Shown here: one piece after another, positions 48,356 through 57,690 of the stretch | How positions within the stretch are numbered: the stretch's first letter is position 1 | Layout: each line of letters begins with the position of its first letter | Assembly: GCA_037137455.1 (NCBI GenBank) | Contig: JBAXKG010000002.1 | Coordinates: 42,433-106,432 of the forward strand | Source of the DNA: Bacteroidota bacterium | GTDB lineage: Bacteria > Bacteroidota > Bacteroidia > Bacteroidales > FEN-979 | Length of the DNA stretch: 64,000 bases | Reading direction: 5' to 3' | Position numbers and translations under genes: made by a program | The notes under the pieces: model-generated | The model's input: only the letters and a program-made list of their open reading frames with translations | Databases searched by the model: none | What the model was told of the DNA's origin: nothing

Positions 48356-49516
48356 TTAGGTTTGATCTACCCAATCACCGCTATCTTTGATGAGGTCAAT
48401 CAGCGCGTCCACTGCTTGGGATTCGTCGATGTTCTTTTGAACGAGATGCTGCTTCTTATAAAGATGTATTTTCCCTTTTCCGGCGCCAACATAACCGTAG
48501 TGGGCATCAGCCATTTCGCCAGGGCCATTGACAATACATCCCATGACGGCAATTTTCAGTCCAGGCAGATGCGATGTTTTGGTCTGGATTTTTTCAAGAG
48601 CCGATTGAATGTCAAATTGCGTTCTGCCACATGAAGGACAAGCGATAAAATCAGTTTTGGTTATCCTTGCGCATGCTGCCTGCAGGATGTTAAATGCCAC
48701 TGGAATTTCGAACTCAGGATCTTCGGTGAGGGAAACCCTGATGGTGTCGCCGATGCCATCGGCAAGTAAACTTCCAATGCCAATTGCCGACTTAATTCGA
48801 CCATCTTCTCCGGCGCCCGCCTCTGTAACCCCCAGATGTATCGGGTAGTTCATTCCTCTCTCCTTCATAAGCACGACCAACAACCTGTTTGAAGCAATCA
48901 TCACCTTGGTGTTGCTGGCTTTCATCGATAAAACCAGGTTATGAAAAGAGAGGCTTTCACAAATCCGGGCAAATTCCAATGCCGATTGAACCATCCCCAT
49001 TGGCGTATCGCCGTATTGGTTCATAATCCGTTCTGAGAGAGACCCATGGTTAACTCCGATACGAATAGCTGTTCCATGATCTTTACAGATCTTTATTAGC
49101 GGAGTGAGTCGGTCGGCAATTTGTTCCAACGCATAATCCGCTTTGGGTGACGTATCATTTGTCAAATAGTTCCCGGGATTTATCCTTACTTTTTCAACTA
49201 TTCCTGCGGCGATCTCAGCGATTTTAGGATTAAAATGAACATCGGCGATCAGGGGAGTTTTAAAACCCCGGTTGTGAAGTTCCTTTTTAATTTCTTTCAG
49301 ATTTTCAGTCTCTTTTATGCCAGGCGCAGCGATTCGGACATATTCACATCCTGCATCGATCATCCTGATGGCCTGTTCAACTGTTGCTTTTGTGTCGAGG
49401 CTATTTGTGCTGGTCATTGATTGAACCCGCACGGGATAATCGCCTCCCAGCGGCACATTGCCGACATGAACCACATTTGTTTTAAACCGTTGATATAATT
49501 GATTGTACTCGCTCAT
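48356..49516 (-). CDS. ispG: 4-hydroxy-3-methylbut-2-en-1-yl diphosphate synthase
   Basis: 386 aa. VQSMT, RINPGN, and the cluster cysteines in CPSCGRT and GCIVNGPGE. Confidence 0.9.
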   Translation of the reverse strand: MSEYNQLYQRFKTNVVHVGNVPLGGDYPVRVQSMTSTNSLDTKATVEQAIRMIDAGCEYVRIAAPGIKETENLKEIKKELHNRGFKTPLIADVHFNPKIAEIAAGIVEKVRINPGNYLTNDTSPKADYALEQIADRLTPLIKICKDHGTAIRIGVNHGSLSERIMNQYGDTPMGMVQSALEFARICESLSFHNLVLSMKASNTKVMIASNRLLVVLMKERGMNYPIHLGVTEAGAGEDGRIKSAIGIGSLLADGIGDTIRVSLTEDPEFEIPVAFNILQAACARITKTDFIACPSCGRTQFDIQSALEKIQTKTSHLPGLKIAVMGCIVNGPGEMADAHYGYVGAGKGKIHLYKKQHLVQKNIDESQAVDALIDLIKDSGDWVDQT

Positions 49517-49537
49517 GTTCTCATTCCTGATATATTA

Positions 49538-49608
49538 TTCCGCACCTACGGAGCGGAAATGTCCGTTTGTCTTTTTCTGGCTACCAATATAGAGCTCTTA
49601 TGGAGCTC
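49538..49608. repeat. REP-like pair of hairpins: TTCCGC-ACCTACGGA-GCGGAA and GAGCTC-TTATG-GAGCTC
   Basis: Read directly, in the 180-nt gap between tsaB and ispG. Confidence 0.7.
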
Positions 49609-49610
49609 AG

Positions 49611-49696
49611 AAATTTCAATAATCCATTCACCCCTCACCTCTAACTCCTTACACTTCATTAGTCATACTCGCCACTCACTCCTGACCACTCACCAT
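49611..49696 (+). repeat. G-depleted low-complexity tract (3 G in 86 nt): ...CCCCTCACCTCTAACTCC...CGCCACTCACTCCTGACCACTCACCAT
   Basis: Read directly, immediately downstream of the tsaB stop. Confidence 0.65.
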
Positions 49697-50452
49697 CTAA
49701 GTCAATCCCTTCACCCTTGGCTTCCCTGCCACAAAATCTTTCAGGTAGAACGGTTCAAAGTATGCCAGGTTTTCAAACTGACTCTGGCTGTATTTCTTCT
49801 CAGCAATACCGATCATGAATTGTGCAGATGTCCGGAACCCCATAAGAAATTGTGCATTCGTATGATCTCTCAGGAAAGGCTGGCATTTATCTGCTCCTGG
49901 CCCAGCGAAAACAACCCGGTTATCCGAAAGGAACCCCTGAAATGAATAATCATCAATGATTTCAGCCTTCACCTCCCGGACCGACTTTCCTTCCTTATCA
50001 TACAATTCAGAAAAAACCTCCATCCGACGGGCATCGATCAGGGGACAGAACAGAATTTTCAAATTTTGATTTCCGATTTTCGATTTTTGGTGTTGCAGGG
50101 TATCTGCTGATTTGCCATTTTTCATTTGTAATTTGTCATTCATTCCCGCCGCCATAGCTTGAAGCGTTGGAACCGAAATCAAGGGTTTATCAAGGGCATA
50201 ACACAGCCCTTTTGAAGTAGCCACGCCAATGCGCAGCCCGGTATATGAGCCAGGGCCCATGCTTACTGCAATAGCATCAAGATCATCCATTTTAAACCCC
50301 GAAGATTTTACGATTTCATCTATGAATAAAGTAAGCATGGCGGAATGGACATTGCGAACCGAAGATTCCTTGATTTCCAGAAGTTTTTCATCTCGGGCCA
50401 ACGCTACAGAACAGATCTCTGTGGCGGTTTCAATGCATAGGATAATAGCCAT
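49697..50452 (-). CDS. tsaB: tRNA N6-threonylcarbamoyladenosine biosynthesis protein TsaB
   Basis: MAIILCIETATEICSVAL start and GPGSYTGLRIG. 251 aa, including an apparent insert of about 25-30 aa. Confidence 0.85.
   Translation of the reverse strand: MAIILCIETATEICSVALARDEKLLEIKESSVRNVHSAMLTLFIDEIVKSSGFKMDDLDAIAVSMGPGSYTGLRIGVATSKGLCYALDKPLISVPTLQAMAAGMNDKLQMKNGKSADTLQHQKSKIGNQNLKILFCPLIDARRMEVFSELYDKEGKSVREVKAEIIDDYSFQGFLSDNRVVFAGPGADKCQPFLRDHTNAQFLMGFRTSAQFMIGIAEKKYSQSQFENLAYFEPFYLKDFVAGKPRVKGLT
50051..50092 (-). repeat. Heptad repeat (coding strand CAAAAAT CGAAAAT CGGAAAT CAAAATT TGAAAAT), in-frame in tsaB
   Basis: Read directly. 23/27 nt identical to 30055-30081 and in the same reading frame. 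Confidence 0.8.
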
Positions 50453-50455
50453 GCA

Positions 50456-51847
50456 CTATTTGTTTTGCTCCTTGGTAAACAGCTCTTTTTTATCAACTTT
50501 CTTAACCTTATCTCCATTATTCAGGAGTTTCGATACGGCACTGTATGGAGCCGTGATAACCTCATCACCTGCTTTTAATCCGCTTAATATCTGGATGTAA
50601 GTATTATCCTGGATGCCTGTTTTTACATCAACTTTTTTTGCAGTCCCGTCTGCCAGTAAAAAGACACATTCCAGAATTTTTTCATTTTTCTTTGCAGTAC
50701 CTACCACTTCAACCTCATGGTCGCCATCCTCTTTTTTGGTCTTGCTGTTTTCATTGATCTTGTCGAGGCTGTCCTTGGCAATTCTTGTGGTGACAGCCTG
50801 GATGGGAAGCGTCATTGCGTTTTCGACACTCTCGGTCTGAATTTCAACCGTACATGACATTCCGGGGCGGAATGGAGAAAAATCAATAGGTTTCCCCTCA
50901 AGAAGATCTTTATAGGAATCTTTAATTATATGAATTTTAACATTGAAATTGGTCACCTGATCAACACTTACACCCGTGCTATTAGCCGATGTGGCAATTT
51001 CGGTCACCACTCCCTTGAATTTTCTGTTAAGGTAAGCATCCACTTCGATCAAGGCCGTATCGCCCATACTTACTCTGACAATATCATTTTCATTGACCTG
51101 TACCTGGGCCTCCATCTCGTTGAGGTTGGCAATGCGCATGATTTCAGTCCCGCTTGAGAATTGCGAGGCCCCGGTAACCCTTTCCCCTTTCAGTACACCA
51201 AGTTTGGATACTGTACCGTCATTGGGTGCAAAAATAGCTGTCCGGTTAAGGTCTTCCTTCGATCTCTTCAGGGCAGCTTCTGAGTTCTTAACCATGAATT
51301 CGGAAGCTTTGATGTCCTCTTCTCCTGCAGTTACCTGGGCTTGTGAAACCTGGAATGCCGATTTGGACTGATCATATTCGGCTTTTGAAATCACATTCTG
51401 CTGGTAGAGTTTTTCCTGGCGGTCAAAGGTGAGCCTGGCATTTTCAAACTGAGCTTTGACTTGTGCAAGCCTTGCTTTGGAATTTGCCAGGTTGGCTTTC
51501 TGGGTGTTTACAGAAGCTTCACTTTGATCAAACTGGGAAATGTAAATCTCAGGATCTATTTTGGCCAGAAGATCCCCTTTTTTGACCTGGTTTCCCTCTT
51601 TTACATACAATTCCACAACCTCCCCGGAAATATAGGGACTGATCTTGATATCCTTTTCGGGCTGAATCTTGCCGTTCGATGAAACAGTTTGGATTATGGT
51701 CCGTTTCATTACCTTTTCAGTGGCAACTTTTATTCCCTCGTTTCCTTTGCCTTTAAGGATGGCGGCAATTACAATGAATGCTACTACTGCGACAACAGCA
51801 ATAATGATCCACATTTTTTTCTTAGAAATCTTTTTTGACATGGACAA
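50456..51847 (-). CDS. HlyD/MacA-type efflux periplasmic adaptor subunit
   Basis: 463 aa. N-terminal TM anchor, lipoyl-like segments flanking a long coiled coil (QKANLANSKARLAQVKAQFENARL...), and a beta-barrel region. Confidence 0.8.
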   Translation of the reverse strand: MSMSKKISKKKMWIIIAVVAVVAFIVIAAILKGKGNEGIKVATEKVMKRTIIQTVSSNGKIQPEKDIKISPYISGEVVELYVKEGNQVKKGDLLAKIDPEIYISQFDQSEASVNTQKANLANSKARLAQVKAQFENARLTFDRQEKLYQQNVISKAEYDQSKSAFQVSQAQVTAGEEDIKASEFMVKNSEAALKRSKEDLNRTAIFAPNDGTVSKLGVLKGERVTGASQFSSGTEIMRIANLNEMEAQVQVNENDIVRVSMGDTALIEVDAYLNRKFKGVVTEIATSANSTGVSVDQVTNFNVKIHIIKDSYKDLLEGKPIDFSPFRPGMSCTVEIQTESVENAMTLPIQAVTTRIAKDSLDKINENSKTKKEDGDHEVEVVGTAKKNEKILECVFLLADGTAKKVDVKTGIQDNTYIQILSGLKAGDEVITAPYSAVSKLLNNGDKVKKVDKKELFTKEQNK

Positions 51848-51859
51848 AAATATTATGTG

Positions 51860-53314
51860 TTATTCACGATCGATCCTGATGGGGTTTCCCATGTAGAAGT
51901 CGAGAATGGTTGTTTTAAAAATAAAATCATACTTGGCCTGGAGAAGATCAGACTCGGCTTTGGTGAGATCTTTTTTGCTGGTGTTGTAATCGAAAGAGGT
52001 CATCACACCTACATCAAATTTCTGCTGGGCATATTTAAAGGCCTCCGATTGTGCATTGACCTTTTCCTGGGAAGCATTGAATTTTTGAAGGGAAGATGTT
52101 GCATCGGCAAAAGATTGCTCGATCAGTTTCCTTAAATCCCTTGTGGTGATGCCAAGGTCGAGTTCGGCCTGCGATTTTTGGAGTTTTGCCTGGTTGATGG
52201 CTGTGCGGCCTTGCCATCCGTTGAAAATTGGGATATTCAGGTAAAAGCCAACCGACTGGTTGCTGTTATCTTTGAGTTGCTCCTCGAATGGTTTTACCTG
52301 ATAGGATCTGGAGATTTCAGGCATCAGCACAAGGTCCTTCGATTGTTGGGTAATGCCGATGGGGAACCAAACAGTATCAGCCGGGACACTTTGATCTACC
52401 TGCATGGCAGCACCTGAATACCCTGTTCCCCAGGAACCACTCAGCGAAAGTGTAGGCTGAATATAGCCCCTGGCAATTGCGAGTCTTTTTTGCGCACTTT
52501 CAACCCGAAGTTCAGCGCTCTTGATTTCAGGCCGGGTTTTCACGGCATGTTCAAAAATAATGTCAGCAGAAATTTTTTCTTTCGGGGCCTGCACGGGTTT
52601 CAGCTGTGGTTCCTCGATGCGGAAATCGCGTGTCACCGGAAGATCGATAAGCTGCTGGAGGGAAAGATTTGAAATATAAAGCCGGTTTTCAGCATCCACC
52701 ACTGTTAGTTGTTCCGTGGCTTTTTGCGCCTGGATATTCAGCAGGTCGCCCTTTGCCGAAGAGCCGGCATCGACCTTTTTCTGAATTCGTTCAACCTCGG
52801 CTGTGGTTACCCTGAGTTGCCCTTTGGCCACGTCGAGCAATTCAAGGTTGAATAAAATATCGAGGTAAAACCCTGCCACAGCAAGGGAAATACTGTTTTT
52901 GATCACATCCAGATCATACCGGCTGGCCAGAAGGTTAATTTTATTTTCCTTTAACGTATTTAGTTTTTGAAGTCCGCCAAACAGGGTGAGGTTACTGGCA
53001 ATATAAAAGTTATTTGAGCGGACGGTATTCGTGGCAAATGTATTGGTGTACTGGTCAATCGTTTGTCCGAAATTCCATACATTAGTGCCGTTGGCATTGA
53101 GATTTGGCAGCATGCCCAGGCCGCTCTGAAGCAACGCATCCTTATTCGACTGAACAGTAAGAAGCTGCTTGTTGATGTCGAGATTATTCTCAAGCGCGTA
53201 ATTGATACAATCTTCCAGTGTCCAAATTTTTTGAGAAAGACCAGGATGGGAAAATCCTAAAAAGGCAATAATTATCAAGGCCGGGGGCCAAAACAGAAAT
53301 CGATGCACTTGCAT
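51860..53314 (-). CDS. TolC-family outer membrane efflux protein
   Basis: 484 aa. Signal peptide, WTLEDCINYALENN start of the mature protein, and a two-fold internal repeat typical of OMF proteins. Confidence 0.85.
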   Translation of the reverse strand: MQVHRFLFWPPALIIIAFLGFSHPGLSQKIWTLEDCINYALENNLDINKQLLTVQSNKDALLQSGLGMLPNLNANGTNVWNFGQTIDQYTNTFATNTVRSNNFYIASNLTLFGGLQKLNTLKENKINLLASRYDLDVIKNSISLAVAGFYLDILFNLELLDVAKGQLRVTTAEVERIQKKVDAGSSAKGDLLNIQAQKATEQLTVVDAENRLYISNLSLQQLIDLPVTRDFRIEEPQLKPVQAPKEKISADIIFEHAVKTRPEIKSAELRVESAQKRLAIARGYIQPTLSLSGSWGTGYSGAAMQVDQSVPADTVWFPIGITQQSKDLVLMPEISRSYQVKPFEEQLKDNSNQSVGFYLNIPIFNGWQGRTAINQAKLQKSQAELDLGITTRDLRKLIEQSFADATSSLQKFNASQEKVNAQSEAFKYAQQKFDVGVMTSFDYNTSKKDLTKAESDLLQAKYDFIFKTTILDFYMGNPIRIDRE

Positions 53315-53431
53315 TTTTCAGTGGTTTAAAAAGAGATCAAAATTAGTGATTTTAATATTCTCAAGGCCATTATGACGAACAATTTGTTATTTGGTTACAA
53401 ACAGTGGTTTTCCAGATTCAATATTATTTTC

Positions 53432-53439
53432 TATTTTTG
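53432..53439 (+). promoter_or_regulatory. -7 promoter box TATTTTTG upstream of the atp operon
   Basis: Matches TAnnTTTG, 30 nt before the ATG at 53469. Confidence 0.45.
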
Positions 53440-53468
53440 CATCTCATAGTATATTCGTTAATGGTTTC

Positions 53469-54629
53469 ATGACAACAAGCAGGTCACAAATTCCTTTTTT
53501 TCTTTTTTTGGCAATAAGTCTCATTATTGGTTTTCTGTTTTCTGGCAGAATTGAAGCATCTGTTCAGGATCAAACCATGCTTGTTCCGGCAAACGATAGT
53601 GTTTTTGATAACGCTGGCCAGCCTGAAAGCAAAAAAGAGGAGGGCAGGTTCAATGCCGGCGAAATGATCATGGAACATGTAATTGACAACCATGAATGGC
53701 ATATTGCCGAAATTGGAAGCCTTAAACTTACCATCCCTCTTCCGATTATTCTCATCTGTGAAGGCAGACTATTCACATTTTGCTCAAGCAGGTTCCATAA
53801 TGAAACACATAGTTACATGGGCTTCAGGCTCGAACAGGAGGGGCCTCATAAAGGAAAAATTGTACGGATAGGGAACCATAGCGAATCATCGGCTGAACCA
53901 CGCGTCTATGATTTTTCAATCACTAAGGTCGTTCTTGCCATTTTTATGAGCTCATTGTTAATGATATTGGTGTTCCTCTCCGTTGCCAGGGCTTATACCC
54001 GTAACAGGGATAAAGCGCCAAGCGGGTTGCAATCGCTGATGGAACCGTTGATAATTTTTATCCGGGATGATATAGCGAAAAGTTCCATCGGTGAAAAAAA
54101 ATATGAAAAGTTCATGCCCTTCCTGTTGACCGTTTTCTTTTTTATTTTCTTTAACAATTTGTTCGGTCTGATCCCCTTTTTTCCCGGGGGTGCCAATGTG
54201 ACCGGAAATATTGCCGTTACACTGGTCATGGCAGTTTTTACCTTCGTAATTACCACGATCAATGGGAACAAACATTATTGGATTGATATTATAAATACAC
54301 CGGGGGTGCCGTGGTGGCTTAAATTCCCGATCCCCTTAATGCCGGTTGTGGAAATTATCGGTATCATCACCAAGCCATTTGTATTAATGATCCGTCTATT
54401 TGCAAACATTACTGCCGGTCATATCATTGTGCTTGGATTTGTAAGCCTGATCTTCATATTCGGGGCGATCAGCGCTGCTCTCGGACTTGGTGTTTCTGTT
54501 GTTTCGGTGGCCTTCATGATTTTCATGAATTTACTGGAACTGCTCGTTGCATTTATACAGGCATATGTATTTACCTTGTTATCAGCGCTCTATTTCGGGC
54601 TGGCAACCATTGAACCGGAACACCATTGA
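53469..54629 (+). CDS. atpB: F0F1 ATP synthase subunit a (with long N-terminal extension)
   Basis: Start set at MTTSRSQIPFF. Contains the conserved RLFANITAGH arginine motif. 386 aa. Confidence 0.9.
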   Translation: MTTSRSQIPFFLFLAISLIIGFLFSGRIEASVQDQTMLVPANDSVFDNAGQPESKKEEGRFNAGEMIMEHVIDNHEWHIAEIGSLKLTIPLPIILICEGRLFTFCSSRFHNETHSYMGFRLEQEGPHKGKIVRIGNHSESSAEPRVYDFSITKVVLAIFMSSLLMILVFLSVARAYTRNRDKAPSGLQSLMEPLIIFIRDDIAKSSIGEKKYEKFMPFLLTVFFFIFFNNLFGLIPFFPGGANVTGNIAVTLVMAVFTFVITTINGNKHYWIDIINTPGVPWWLKFPIPLMPVVEIIGIITKPFVLMIRLFANITAGHIIVLGFVSLIFIFGAISAALGLGVSVVSVAFMIFMNLLELLVAFIQAYVFTLLSALYFGLATIEPEHH

Positions 54630-54635
54630 AAATGA

Positions 54636-54935
<300 letters not shown>

Positions 54936-54947
54936 CAGGAACGACAG

Positions 54948-54986
54948 GTTCTTTGAGGTTTAACGGTTGGTTATGCCGTAAAGAAC
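54948..54986 (+). other. Intercistronic stem-loop (GTTCTTT ... ACGG-loop-CCGT ... AAAGAAC) between atpE and atpF
   Basis: Outer 7-bp and inner 4-bp complementary arms read directly. No T-run follows, so this is not a classical terminator. Confidence 0.45.
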
Positions 54987-55019
54987 ATTATCTATTCACC
55001 TATAGCTAAATAAATTGAT

Positions 55020-55514
55020 ATGGAATTAATCACTCCCGGGCTTGGCCTGATTTTCTGGATGACCCTCGCATTCTTATTCCTGGTGTTTGTCCTTGGGAAA
55101 TATGCCTGGAAACCTATCCTCCAGATGTTAAAGGAGCGGGAAACATCCATCCATGAGGCCCTAAATGCTGCAAATAAGGCAAGGGAAGAGATGAAGCAAT
55201 TACAATTCAGCAATGAGCAATTGCTTCAGGAGGCAAAAAATGAACGGGATGCCATGCTGAATGAAGCCCGGAAAATCAGGGAAAAACTGATTGAGGAGGC
55301 GCGTACAAAAGCCACCGAAGAGGCTTCAAGGATTGTTGAAGGTGCCAAGGCAAGCATTCAGAATGAGAAGATGGCGGCTATGACGGAACTGAAGAACCAG
55401 ATAGCCGAAAACTCCCTTACCCTCGCTAAGTTTATCTTAAAACGCGAACTGTCTGATCCAAAGAAACAGGAAGAATATGTTCAGGAATTATTAAAAGAGG
55501 TTAAATTCAATTAG
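55020..55514 (+). CDS. atpF: F0F1 ATP synthase subunit b
   Basis: 164 aa. One N-terminal TM segment followed by a long charged helix. Position within the atp operon supports the call. Confidence 0.85.
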   Translation: MELITPGLGLIFWMTLAFLFLVFVLGKYAWKPILQMLKERETSIHEALNAANKAREEMKQLQFSNEQLLQEAKNERDAMLNEARKIREKLIEEARTKATEEASRIVEGAKASIQNEKMAAMTELKNQIAENSLTLAKFILKRELSDPKKQEEYVQELLKEVKFN

Positions 55515-55519
55515 CTGAA

Positions 55520-56080
55520 ATGAATATTTCCCTGGTAGCGGAACGTTATGCCGCAGCACTGTTTGAGTTGGCCACCGAAAAGAACGCGGTGGAGGCGGTT
55601 TGTACCGACAGTAAGCTGATTTCTCAAACATGTGAAAACAGTAGGGATTTAAGGTTGTTTTTAAAAAGCCCGATCATCAACTCAGGAAAAAAACGGGCAG
55701 TCCTGAAGGATATTTTTGAGAAGGACATTCACCAGATCACAATGACCTACATGCTCATTATGGTGCGTAAAAAAAGGGAATCCCTTATACCGGAAATCGC
55801 ACTGCAGATCATTGAACTTTACATGCAGTATAAGAACATCCTGACTGTTCATTTCAAATCGCCGGTATTGCCCGACATTGATGTAAGGAAAAAAGTACTT
55901 GATCTGATGAAGAATTATACCCAGTCGGATATTGATCTGAAAGCAGAAATTGACGAATCGCTGATTGGTGGATTTGTCCTCTCCTGGAAGGACAAGCAAT
56001 ATGACGCCAGTATCCGCAGGGAAATAGAAGAGATGCGCAATACAATTGCAAAAGTGAATTTATATAAAAAAGGATTTTAA
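55520..56080 (+). CDS. atpH: F0F1 ATP synthase subunit delta
   Basis: 186 aa. YAAALFELA start and IGGFVL near the C-terminus. Operon position supports the call. Confidence 0.85.
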   Translation: MNISLVAERYAAALFELATEKNAVEAVCTDSKLISQTCENSRDLRLFLKSPIINSGKKRAVLKDIFEKDIHQITMTYMLIMVRKKRESLIPEIALQIIELYMQYKNILTVHFKSPVLPDIDVRKKVLDLMKNYTQSDIDLKAEIDESLIGGFVLSWKDKQYDASIRREIEEMRNTIAKVNLYKKGF

Positions 56081-56091
56081 GATATCTAATT

Positions 56092-57681
56092 ATGGCTGAG
56101 ATCAAACCCGCAGAAGTTACGGCAATTTTACGGAGGGAACTGGCCGGTTACCAGAGTGAAAAAGAGCTTGAAGAGGTTGGCACTGTATTGACGGTAGGTG
56201 ATGGCATTGCCCGCATCTATGGGATGAATAATGTCGAAAGCGGCGAGCTGATTGAATTTGAGAAAAACGGACTGAAGGGCATCGTTCTGAATCTGGAGGC
56301 TGACAATGTCGGAGCTGTTTTACTAGGAGATTACTTTGAAATAAAGGAGGGTGATATAGTAAAACGTACCCGACGAATTGCATCCATTGAGGTGGGTGAA
56401 GGGTTACTTGGTCGTGTAATAGATACCTTGGGAGAGCCTATCGATGGCAAAGGAAAGATTGAAGGCGTGCGTTATGAAATGCCACTAGAGCGAAAAGCTC
56501 CAGGTGTTATTTTCCGTCAGCCGGTGAACCAGCCTTTGCAAACAGGTATCAAGCCAATCGATGCCATGATACCTATCGGCCGGGGACAGCGCGAACTCAT
56601 CATCGGCGACCGCCAGACTGGAAAAACTGCCATTGCCATTGATACCATTATCAACCAGAAGGAATTTCACGCCAAGGGAGAAACTGTTTATTGTATTTAC
56701 GTTGCTGTTGGCCAGAAGGGATCAACTGTGGCCAATATTGTGAAGACCCTGGAAGAAAAGGGAGCCATGGCCTACACGGTAGTTGTGTCTGCAACGGCGT
56801 CCGACCCGGCAGCCATGCAGTATTATGCTCCATTTGCAGGAGCAGCCATCGGTGAGTTTTTCAGGGATACCGGACGCCCGGCTCTGGTGATTTATGACGA
56901 CTTATCAAAGCAGGCTGTGGCCTACCGTGAAGTTTCGCTGTTGCTCCGTCGTCCTCCGGGACGTGAAGCCTATCCGGGCGATGTTTTTTACCTCCATTCC
57001 CGCTTGCTCGAACGGGCAGCCAGGGTTATTTCATCAGATGATATTGCCCGCAAGATGAACGACCTTCCTGCCAATCTCAGGGATATGGTAAAAGGTGGAG
57101 GTTCGCTTACAGCGCTGCCTATAATTGAAACCCAGGCAGGCGATGTATCGGCCTACATTCCTACTAATGTAATCTCCATTACCGATGGCCAGATATTTCT
57201 TGAAACCAGTTTATTTAATGCCGGTATCCGTCCTGCCATCAATGTTGGAATTTCAGTATCCCGTGTTGGTGGAAACGCCCAGATAAAATCGATGAAAAAG
57301 ATTGCCGGTACTCTTAAACTTGACCAGGCAGAGTATCGGGAACTTGAAGCCTTTTCAAAGTTCGGATCCGACCTCGATGCTGCTACAAAAGCAGTTCTCG
57401 ACAAAGGAGCCCGCAATGTTGAAATTTTGAAGCAACCGCAGTATTCCCCGATGCCTGTGGAAAAGCAGATTGCCATTATTTTTTGTGGAACCCGTGGACT
57501 TTTACGGAATATCCCTGTTCGAAACATCGGAAATTTTGAAGTTGAATACCTGCATTTTATGGAGTTAAATCACCAGTCGTTGTTGAATAATCTCAAGGCA
57601 GGTAAGCTTCTCGATGAGGATATTAAAACCATGGAAGCAGTTGCAAAAGAGCTATCCAAAAAGTACGAGGAAAAGAAATAA
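56092..57681 (+). CDS. atpA: F0F1 ATP synthase subunit alpha
   Basis: 529 aa. Walker A GDRQTGKT and the [17 protein letters not shown] region. Confidence 0.97.
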   Translation: MAEIKPAEVTAILRRELAGYQSEKELEEVGTVLTVGDGIARIYGMNNVESGELIEFEKNGLKGIVLNLEADNVGAVLLGDYFEIKEGDIVKRTRRIASIEVGEGLLGRVIDTLGEPIDGKGKIEGVRYEMPLERKAPGVIFRQPVNQPLQTGIKPIDAMIPIGRGQRELIIGDRQTGKTAIAIDTIINQKEFHAKGETVYCIYVAVGQKGSTVANIVKTLEEKGAMAYTVVVSATASDPAAMQYYAPFAGAAIGEFFRDTGRPALVIYDDLSKQAVAYREVSLLLRRPPGREAYPGDVFYLHSRLLERAARVISSDDIARKMNDLPANLRDMVKGGGSLTALPIIETQAGDVSAYIPTNVISITDGQIFLETSLFNAGIRPAINVGISVSRVGGNAQIKSMKKIAGTLKLDQAEYRELEAFSKFGSDLDAATKAVLDKGARNVEILKQPQYSPMPVEKQIAIIFCGTRGLLRNIPVRNIGNFEVEYLHFMELNHQSLLNNLKAGKLLDEDIKTMEAVAKELSKKYEEKK

Positions 57682-57690
57682 CAGAGGAAA

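Noticed and set aside
48356-49516. IspG of only 386 aa, as a possible anomaly (some Bacteroidota have a longer form with an inserted domain)
   Set aside because: My recollection of which lineages carry the long form is not reliable enough. The sequence looks like an intact short-type IspG with all cluster cysteines.
49499-49945. 148-aa plus-strand ORF spanning the tsaB-ispG spacer
   Set aside because: Its N-terminal half is a translation of the REP-like hairpins and the G-poor tract, and its C-terminal half is antisense to tsaB. It is a repeat-derived artefact rather than a gene.
53461-53472. Mini-ORF ATG GTT TCA TGA overlapping the atpB start (ATGA)
   Set aside because: A three-codon ORF is expected by chance, and nothing supports a regulatory role.
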